Shown here: piece by piece, positions 55,308 through 64,000 of the stretch
Layout: every line of letters begins with the position of its first letter
Position numbering within the stretch: the first letter of the stretch is position 1
From: Lingula anatina
Lineage: Eukaryota; Animalia; Brachiopoda
DNA length: 64,000 bases
Assembly (NCBI GenBank): GCA_051362555.1
Contig: CM120640.1
Coordinates: 52,430,788 to 52,494,787, forward strand
Reading direction: 5' to 3'
The notes under the pieces: model-generated
What the model was told of the DNA's origin: nothing
Database searches by the model: none
The model's input: only the letters and a program-made list of their open reading frames with translations
Position numbers and translations under genes: made by a program

Positions 55308-57143
55308 TGTGACTCATATATGATTATAAGCTGGTTTGTTTGTTTATATGCGACGATATATGTTAATCAGTTTGTGTTATGTGTATTATATACTACTGAT
55401 ATTTTGTGCAACGTATTCTGTCACTCCCCTTTTTTTAAGTGCTGTTAATGTCCAATGAGACTACTGTATGCTAGATTGTCTCTGTTGCATATGTGTTGTA
55501 ATGTGTGTTTAGTGTGAAAAATGTATGTTTTGTTTCTTTATTCTTTCACGAATGAACTTTATATGATTTTTCTAGCACCTATTGAGAACTGCATACAAGA
55601 GGTCACCTTTCTGAATATTGTATTTAACAGGTAAAATACTGTATGTCAAGGTCAAATTTGCATCCAAACACATACAAAAATGACATTTCTGATCCAAAAA
55701 CAATTCAGTTGAACTAGATAAATTCATTGAGGTCAAGCCTCTCTTTAACGTGCCAGATTAAAGTCATGAAATTAAAGGATAATAGTTTTTTGGTCATCAG
55801 AGGTCAAGGTCATGTATGTGTGACAAGGTCAGTCTTAAAATGGGACCAGAATGGTGTAAAATATGTCCAACTATAATTCTCACAGAAATAAAATTCCGTT
55901 CCAAGTAATTTGGTCAAAAGGTATTCATTTATAAAGTGAAATTAATTGAACAAAAAAATAATAATAATAATAGCTAAGGTCAAATGGACATGAATGTAAT
56001 TAAATCAATCAAATAAAAATACCTGAAATGTCATTTCTCTCAAATTTTATAACCCGACATTTACAGATGATCATGCCCTAGCAGCTTCAGTAGGCGTGAC
56101 AGACATCTAAGCTGCTTAAGTTGAATGCAATTAAGCAAGAAAAGAGGGATCCACAGTTAGTACAGTACAATAGGGTCTGGGAATGTTCCCTTTTTTTATA
56201 CAGCCCAGTATTGAGTATCCAAACACTGCCCTATAGGATACAAATCAAGAAATTAAACAGGCCCTGCAGTCCATTTGCTCAACTTCTCAAAAAAAAAAAT
56301 GGTTGTCTTGGCCAGGAACAATTAAGTTGGGTATTGCCGTATAATATAATGGTCATTATCAGTATATAGGCTGTAGCAAGCAATCATCTGTATCCTCATA
56401 TTTTCCTTCAGAACCACTGGGTGGTTTTGACACCACAGTGAATGGCAAATGGGCTGATCTGCTGCCATGAGCAATTGCTTTCACCAGTCTCCAGAAACAA
56501 ACATTAAACAAGTAGTTTGCCATCAAAACTTCAAGAAGGAATCTCAATTTATCAGAAATTCTGACATGACTGTAATTGAGTTGATGTATCCAATTTGCTA
56601 AGGGGAAGCGTAAGTGACCAATTCGAGGTTGAGAATTTTACAACAGGAATAAAAATCCTGTTAGAATTTTTTTTAAAATCTTTATCATTCTGATTTCTTA
56701 AGACTGAAAACAAGTTGCTGACTTCTTAAAACTGAAAACAAACTGTTACATATTTGATATTGATCAAACTTTGTTACCTAAGCCTGGCAAACTAATGACA
56801 ACATCTCAATATTGCTTACCTTGAACATTGCTTTAACATTGAAACAACGTAATTTCTCCTCTGGGTTATTATACAATTCATTTTACATTAGTAAAAATTC
56901 TAATATAATTTACCAAACAATATAGTTATAAATCCCAGAAAAAAATAGGGTAAACTGAAACTTTAAAAAAAGATAACTGAGCACTGCAGCTCTGCAAATA
57001 GTATACATGTAGTATTAAATAGTAATACTGTATAGTTAACATGTATATGCTGTAATATCACATTAAAGAACTTATATCTACTCCTTATATACTAGAGAAA
57101 CTAAGCACAGATTATCATGATGCCCATAATTAATTGACCGTTG

Positions 57144-58688
57144 TTATGGTTGCAGCATTTTCAACCAGTCATCTGTGTTTTCAATAAAATCTGTAAAAGT
57201 AAGATTGCCAACATGTTCAATTTTCCAGGTAAGGTAATAATTTTTGTTTGGAGGAGCAACACTTTTTTCCCATTCTTTTCTATGTTCTTTAATCCATGTG
57301 AGATAGAATTTGATGGTGTTCTCTATTTCATCTGTTGGTAAGTCAATGACACCTTCACAGCCAGAGACACCAGAAATCCCATGCCATCGATGGCCAAGAA
57401 CATGGGCAGCATTTTGATAGCAGAAATTTATATGAATCCAATTACAAACCAATTCCACAATAAATGTTCCAGGTTTTGAGAACAGTATGTTGGACAGACC
57501 TGCCCCGTGTGGGGCAACCACCATTACTGCACGATTAAACATGGCAGCTATGTCATTGAAAGAAGGTAATGGTGAATCAGTAAACAATTCAAATCTGAAA
57601 CCTAGAGCTGGGACAATTTTCTCCATGAAATTCTGTAACTCTGTGTGATGGGAATAGTGTCTTAAAGTTCCAGGGTTTCTTTTGATTAAAACTACACTGT
57701 TTCTTTCATTCTGACGAAACTTTTCATCAATTTGTTGTCTAAGGTGCTTGGAGAGGAACTGAGCATGTATAGGTCTGGCTCTTCCACATGTTGTACCTTC
57801 TGGGAGATATATCGTCTTGGCCCACACATGTCCAGTCACTATTCTGGAGGGGTCAATTCCAAGGTGTTTCAAAATATTTTTAACTATCCCTACATTATAA
57901 ATGTGTATTTTGATGTCCTTGCGTCTTCTAAGGAAGTTGATATAAAAACTTGCTCGTGTGAACTCCTCCATCATTGAGTGGAAGATGTTATTACCCCAAA
58001 ACTGGGATAATACAAACACAGTGTCTTCCACATTTGTTGGAGGTTTAAGGTTAGCAGGAGGGTGTTCCCCTAAGTCTGGAAAAATACACTGTTCAGTAAC
58101 AATTTTAACATTGTCACTAATTACATATCCGTGATCAGCTGTTATCAGGCCTCTTGACACTTTAGTCAAGAATGTGACTACATTAGGTCTACGATTAGAG
58201 TCTAACCTCTCAGGGTTTTCAAAATAAAACTCTTCTAATTTGACTGGTTTGAATGCTGCTGACATATCTGTATTGCAAGACTTGTTATAAAATTGGAGAT
58301 AATTTTTCTTTGGTGGATTTTGAATGTTCTTGCACATAAGTTCTGATCCTGTCCAATCAAATGCTTTATCAAGTGGTGTATTTGATAAAGGGTCCTTTGG
58401 ATTAGCCTTAAGAACCAAAACTGATACCTGGGGGAACTGAAGCACTCTAGTAAAATAATCATCCTCCCATTGTCTCAAAACGTCCAGCCGTGGGGCAACC
58501 TTAAATTGAATAAGCTTGGTTGGAATAACCCCACTGAAGTTTAAAGTAGTAAACTCTAGTTTAGGTCCAGGTGCAAACTGTCTCAACCAACAGTTTATAC
58601 CACAAGAGCTTGACAGATGCATCAAAAGCACCAGTGAAGTTATTCCAGCAATAAGCAGGTACAGGAAATGTCGAGGACGTTCTAACAT
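57144..58688 (-). CDS. Glycosyltransferase family 61 (DUF563-like) type II membrane protein, copy 1, 514 aa, single coding exon
   Basis: N-terminal TM anchor, NIFHSMMEE, VVAPHGAGLSNILFSKPGTFIVEL; splice acceptor just upstream of the ATG. Confidence 0.85.
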   Translation of the reverse strand: MLERPRHFLYLLIAGITSLVLLMHLSSSCGINCWLRQFAPGPKLEFTTLNFSGVIPTKLIQFKVAPRLDVLRQWEDDYFTRVLQFPQVSVLVLKANPKDPLSNTPLDKAFDWTGSELMCKNIQNPPKKNYLQFYNKSCNTDMSAAFKPVKLEEFYFENPERLDSNRRPNVVTFLTKVSRGLITADHGYVISDNVKIVTEQCIFPDLGEHPPANLKPPTNVEDTVFVLSQFWGNNIFHSMMEEFTRASFYINFLRRRKDIKIHIYNVGIVKNILKHLGIDPSRIVTGHVWAKTIYLPEGTTCGRARPIHAQFLSKHLRQQIDEKFRQNERNSVVLIKRNPGTLRHYSHHTELQNFMEKIVPALGFRFELFTDSPLPSFNDIAAMFNRAVMVVAPHGAGLSNILFSKPGTFIVELVCNWIHINFCYQNAAHVLGHRWHGISGVSGCEGVIDLPTDEIENTIKFYLTWIKEHRKEWEKSVAPPNKNYYLTWKIEHVGNLTFTDFIENTDDWLKMLQP

Positions 58689-59924
58689 ACTTACACTGAA
58701 AAAGAAAAAACACTGTTACACACAGTATGTAAAAATGTGTTCTGATCTATATTACTAGTATGAATTTAACTTATGTGATTCTACAGCAAGCTACAGTGGG
58801 TATATGAATTTTTTTCATGTGAAAAGTGACACTCTATAATTGAATGGCTTATTTTTTCTTCACTTCACATTGATCAGTTTGATGTATGTATAAAAGTCCC
58901 CTGTGACAGAGAGTCCGCTTCCTATTACCATGTACAGGAGAGCCTCGCCTTTGATTTTGACCCACTAAAGTCAGACTAACCCTAACCATTATAACTATAT
59001 GAAGGGCGGACTTTCTGTCACACAGACCCTCAGTTTCGTGACACGGAGTATACCATATTAAATCAAAAAAGGAGGAGCAGCACACGTTGGATTATGACAT
59101 CCTCGAAGGATGAGACCCTCTAGCAAGCGTAACTGGTAAAGATACATGTACCAGTAATAGTATAAATGTATAGTTGCACAAAAAAGTAGATTACTTAAAT
59201 TTGATACATGTACTCAGTAGGTATGTCCTTACAGCTATGGCATTGACAGTGAAAGTAAGAAGCAAAGAATTCTGCTTTTGCTTGAACAAACTGGATAGAG
59301 AGTACTGAGTATAGAGAGTATATTATATCAGGCCTCACCCAAGCTCAGGGCAATGCTAGTACATACAGTGGTGATCAAATCTTACAACACTTACATGCTC
59401 GGCGTGAACACTGACTATCAAAAGGAATCTCGCAAAGTAAATAACAGCAACTTGCCCTAAACACCTCCTTGACTTTAATTAAAAATTTGTCATGACATGA
59501 AGTAAAGACCATGTAACATACTGTTACAGAACGACATGTCGGCGCGAAATTAATGTTCCAGTGTTCAGTCTTTTCCACTGAGTCTTTTCTCACCAAACGT
59601 AGAAATTGTGACACTGCAGTTAAAAAATTGCTGCGTTTTCATTGGCTAATGCTGGCGAAGCTTGACTGATCAATGTTTACAACTTGACAATGGGGGTGGG
59701 GTAGGGGTGCACTTTTCAAGCTTTTTCTTGGCATTTTCTGATTTATACATTATCACCAGGTACTCCGGTGGTATTTCAGCGGTACTACGGCTTCCTCTCA
59801 CTGTAAGACCTCATCACGGCATTGTTTACATCGTATAGGGGCCGTAGCAATAGTCCGAAGGTTCATTGGTCCGAATGTTCACTGTAGAACCTTCCGACCA
59901 ATGCACTATATATATATATATATA

Positions 59925-60280
59925 TAATTATTATTATTATTATTATTGTTATTATTAATACCAAACTTACAACTCGAGAGTTGAATAATTACAATCATTG
60001 CATCAAAGTTGAATAAAACCACTAGTGAGTAAGAATAAAGGAATTTCAAAAGACATACGTAAACAAATTTAAAACAAAATAACTAAAATGCAAGGTAAAA
60101 AAAGAAATAAAAGTCTATCAGTTAATTTTGAAACTTGTATATCGCACTTATTAAAAAGTCACTCATTGATCGGTTGGTTTTTGATTTTAGGTCTTTTGGA
60201 TGTCTCCTGTTCCCTTAATGAATATTTGACATTTTGTTTTGGTTGTAAAAGATAATGCAATCTATGATCCGGTTCATGCA
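59925..60280 (-). mobile_element. Probable LINE 3' remnant ending in (TAA)n
   Basis: PDHRLHYLL...YSLR-like ORF2 end followed by a microsatellite tail. Confidence 0.5.
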
Positions 60281-60374
60281 ATCTATGATCTAGTTAAACC
60301 AAAGATAGCTGCTTTAAAAGGGCGACGCACAGAACTCTTCAAATAATAAAATTTCCAAAACAAACGACAGAGAT

Positions 60375-60823
60375 AAGGTGGATTACTCTAGCTCCACCAT
60401 ATATAACTGATCTAGTCAAACATTATAGCCCTCAAAGATCCCTGAGGTCTGGTGACAAACTTTTACTGAAAGTTCCAAAATCAAGGTTAAATTATATGGT
60501 GACATATCATTTTGTGTAGCTGCACCAGTAGAGTGGAATAAGTTGCCAATTTTTATTAGACAAATAGAATCACAAGAATCTTTTAAAAAGAAATTAAAAA
60601 CTCATATTTTTAAGACATTTTATTCATGAATCTTAAATTTTACAATTTTAAAGAAACCTTGGATTTTTTACTTTAAATTACTGTTTATTACAATTAAGTT
60701 AGTTTAGCTCTTATTTACTGAGTATATAAAATATATCTTAACCATTTTTATCTATAAACTTCTTTGTATTTTATGTTGTACAGTCTATTGAACATTTTAT
60801 GGATTTTAGACTTGAAATAAATA

Positions 60824-60858
<35 letters not shown>
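60375..60858 (+). mobile_element. L2/CR1-group LINE 3' remnant with (TTA)n tail
   Basis: RSLRS...LLKVPKS, FCVAAPVEWNKLP..IR...SFKKKLKTHIF, then AATAAA and (TTA)n. Confidence 0.75.
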
Positions 60859-60860
<2 letters not shown>

Positions 60861-60996
60861 TATTAACCTGTAAACCACACAGAAACTAAGACATAGCCAG
60901 TAAAAACTGAGTGTACCAAAATTAACACCTTTATCACATTTTGCTTGTCAAACTTTTAGATGTCTGTGTTTTAGTTTGGAGCTCACCGTTATTGTA

Positions 60997-61284
60997 GGGG
61001 AGACCGGGGCTAGTTGGCCTAGTTAGACACTTTTGGCCTTTTAGAGCCAACTATATGAGTTAAGAGTAGCAAAACCGGTTTCAAAGTAAGCCCCAAGAAC
61101 TAAGCTACCCTCTACCAGGGCGACTGATAGACTTTTACAGATATTCACACATATGTCTCTAGCTAGATAGATGGTCATTTTTGGCTGAAGCCAATCTATC
61201 AGTTGCCCTGGTAGAGTGTAGAACTAAGCTACGTATGCAGCGTCATTAATATTCAAATATAATGCCAGATGGCTGACAATTTGA

Positions 61285-61329
<45 letters not shown>

Positions 61330-62095
61330 GCAGTTAACGTTAGGGGGGCCCAACTTGCCGGGATTTTTGAGAGTCTGATTTTTGAGTGCTAATTAACATT
61401 AATTGGCGGGTGTGGACTTTATATACCTACAAGCCACGTGCTGTTAAGATAGATTTCCTTAAAAGTCACTTACGAGAAACTACCACTAATATTTACTTAT
61501 AGATTCAGCTTTCATAGAAACATATACAGAATATATCATATAATTTAATTGATACTTGTTACTGCAGTGTATCAAGTGAGAGTGAAGGTTTGCCTTATAT
61601 TTACTTTATTACATAACGTTTATCTTCGGGATGCTTGAAGATGGTGCGGTCTGGCTTCAGGTGTACTATACATGTTACCTGAGGTGTACATGCTAGCTCT
61701 AAACCATAGCATTAAAGGTAAAAATACTACAGAACATTCAGAAGTAAACTGCATAAATAAAATCGTTAAAACATCATTCCCGACCTTCTAAGGTTTTGAC
61801 CCCAAAACCTTCATAAATAAAATCGTGCAGCCCTATACATATATTATATTCGATCAAAAGCCTATGAAAATAAATTTTTTAAATCTCTTAAATAAAATTA
61901 CTTTTAGGTACAAAAATCGTTTATTTCCACTCACCGCTTAAGTAAAACTTTTTAACGTCCGACACTTCCTTAGCATTGTAGGCTACGGTCACTTTACAAG
62001 AGTATGTGGCCTATTTTTTTTTACCTCGTAGTTACTTTTTCATAAATTGATGGGGGGCCAACTTACCCCGGGGTCCAACTAGCCCCGGTCTCCCC
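60997..62095. mobile_element. TA-flanked non-autonomous DNA transposon
   Basis: TA|GGGGAGACCGGGGCTAGTTGG ... CCAACTAGCCCCGGTCTCCCC|TA (21-bp perfect TIR); long internal poly(A) at ~61286-61328. Confidence 0.88.
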
Positions 62096-62530
62096 TATGT
62101 CCTTTATAATATTCCCTTTTGTTTTAGCAAAATTTTAGAGGCCTGTGCTTTATTTATTTTCCAACTCATTTTGGTCTTATTGTGTATCCTTTATTTTATG
62201 TAAACATTTTAATTTGTACATTTGTAAATTTCATTTTAAACCAGTACATGTACTTCAACCTTTTGGTTGATATATCTTTTAATAAAATTGTTATTATTAT
62301 TTTCATTATATAAGGGACAGTCGTAATTTAAAGCTTGTTGAAGAATTGAATAGACAGGACAAATGTCTTTACGAGGATTGAAACCCCTCAGTAAGAGAAT
62401 CCTTTAACTATAAGCATATAAAGTAATAGCTACGTTTCTCTAATTGTCTGCAATTACAATATACATCGTTTCATCTTGTCATCAGATGTATTTCTAGAAT
62501 TTTCCTTGCGTCAGCTACAATGGAACGTAG

Positions 62531-64000
62531 TTATGGCTGCAGTGTTTTCAACCAGTCATCTGTGTTCTCAATAAAATCTGTAAAAGTAAGATTGCCAATA
62601 TGCTCAATTTTCCAGGTAAGGTGATACTTTTTGTTTGGAGGAGCAACACTTTTTTCCCATTCTTTTCTATGTTCTTTAATCCATGTGAGATAGAATTTGA
62701 TCGATTTCTCTATTTCATCTGTTGGTAGGTCGATGACACCTTCACAGCCAGATACACCAGAGATTCCATGCCACCGATGTCCAAGGATATGGGCAGCATT
62801 TTGATAGCAGAAATTTATATGAATCCAATTACAAACCAATTCCACAATAAATGTTCCAGGTTTTGAGAACAGCATGTTGGACAGACCTGCCCCGTGTGGG
62901 GCAACCACCATTACTGCACGATTAAACATGGCAGCTATGTCATTGAATGAAGGTAATGGTGAATCAGTAAACAATTCAAATCTGAAACCTAGAGCTGGGA
63001 CAAATTTCTCCATGAAATTCTGTAACTCTGTGTGGTGGGAATAGTGTCTTAAAGCTCCAGGATTTCTTTTGATTAAAACTACACTGTTTCTTTCATTCTG
63101 ACGAAACTTTTCATCAATTTGTTGTCTAAGGTGCTTGGAGAGGAACTGAGCATGTATAGGTCTGGCTCTTCCACATGTTGTACCTTCTGGGAGATATATC
63201 GTCTTGGCCCACACATGTCCAGTCACTATTCTGGAGGGATCAATTCCAAGGTGTTTCAAAATATTTTTAACTATCCCAACATTATAAATGTGTATTTTGA
63301 CGTCCTTATGTTTTTTAAGGAAGTTGATATAGAAACTTGCTCGTGTGAACTCCTCCATCATCGAGTGGAAGATGTTATTACCCCAAAACTGGGATAATAC
63401 AAACACAGTGTCTTCCACATTAGTTGGAGGTTTAAGGTTAGCAGGGGGGTGTTCCCCCAAGTCTGGATAATTGCACTGTGTAGCAACAATTTTAACGTTA
63501 GCACTAATTACATGCCCGAATTCAGCTGTTATCAGGCCCCTTGACACCTTAGTCAAGAATGTTGCCACACCAGGTCTACGATTTGAGTCTAACCTCTCCG
63601 GGTTTTTAAAATAAAACTCTTCTAATTTGATTGGCTTGAATGCAGCTGACAAGTCTGTAGTGCAAGACTTGTTGTACAGATGAAGAAAATTTTTCTTTGG
63701 TGGGTCTTGTAAATTCTTACACATAAGTTTTGATCCTGTCCAATTAAATGCTTTATCGATTGGCGTATTTGATATTGGGTCATTTGGATTAGCCTTTAGA
63801 ACTAAAACAGTTACTTGGGGATATTTGAGAACCTTTGAGAAATAGTCATCCTCCCATTGTTTCAAAACCTCCAATTGCGATGCCAGCTTGAAGTCACTAA
63901 GCTTGGTTGGAATATACTCCGGCATCTTTTTAATATTGTTGACCATAAACTTGGGTCTGGGTTTTGGTGCATCATTGATCAGCCAACATTTTACAGATGA
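62531..64000 (-). CDS. GT61-family glycosyltransferase copy 2; N-terminus outside the window
   Basis: Paralogue of 57144-58688 at offset 5387; frame open to the window edge (SSVKCWLINDAPKP aligns with SCGINCWLRQFAPGP); HGAGLSN motif. Confidence 0.85.
   Translation of the reverse strand, partial: SSVKCWLINDAPKPRPKFMVNNIKKMPEYIPTKLSDFKLASQLEVLKQWEDDYFSKVLKYPQVTVLVLKANPNDPISNTPIDKAFNWTGSKLMCKNLQDPPKKNFLHLYNKSCTTDLSAAFKPIKLEEFYFKNPERLDSNRRPGVATFLTKVSRGLITAEFGHVISANVKIVATQCNYPDLGEHPPANLKPPTNVEDTVFVLSQFWGNNIFHSMMEEFTRASFYINFLKKHKDVKIHIYNVGIVKNILKHLGIDPSRIVTGHVWAKTIYLPEGTTCGRARPIHAQFLSKHLRQQIDEKFRQNERNSVVLIKRNPGALRHYSHHTELQNFMEKFVPALGFRFELFTDSPLPSFNDIAAMFNRAVMVVAPHGAGLSNMLFSKPGTFIVELVCNWIHINFCYQNAAHILGHRWHGISGVSGCEGVIDLPTDEIEKSIKFYLTWIKEHRKEWEKSVAPPNKKYHLTWKIEHIGNLTFTDFIENTDDWLKTLQP

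Noticed and set aside
56359-56560. Minus-strand ISPFAIH segment reminiscent of an I-clade LINE ORF1
   Set aside because: Too short and interrupted to support a call

Overview
AT-rich, intron-rich eukaryotic (invertebrate, probably lophotrochozoan) genomic DNA. Spliced genes were reconstructed by hand from GT-AG junctions and reading phase: TAF8 (5' part, -), an unrecognised 5-exon predicted membrane-protein gene (-), DHDH (-) head-to-head with a kinesin-14/KIFC1-like gene (+), two tandem UDP-glucose 4-epimerase (GALE) paralogues (-), RTF2 (+) head-to-head with the second GALE, and two tandem GT61-family glycosyltransferase ORFs with no intron in the visible coding sequence (-). Introns carry many mobile elements: Helentron/HINE-like elements with ~146-bp internal satellites, a TTAA-flanked piggyBac-like element, several MITEs and decayed LINEs. 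Most notable are a duplicated, probably mutually exclusive exon 3 in one GALE, divergent gatekeeper residues between the GALE paralogues, apparent gene conversion between the GT61 copies, the orphan gene, and HINE-borne arrays of nuclear-receptor DR1 motifs. No database searches were run; family calls rest on recognised motifs.
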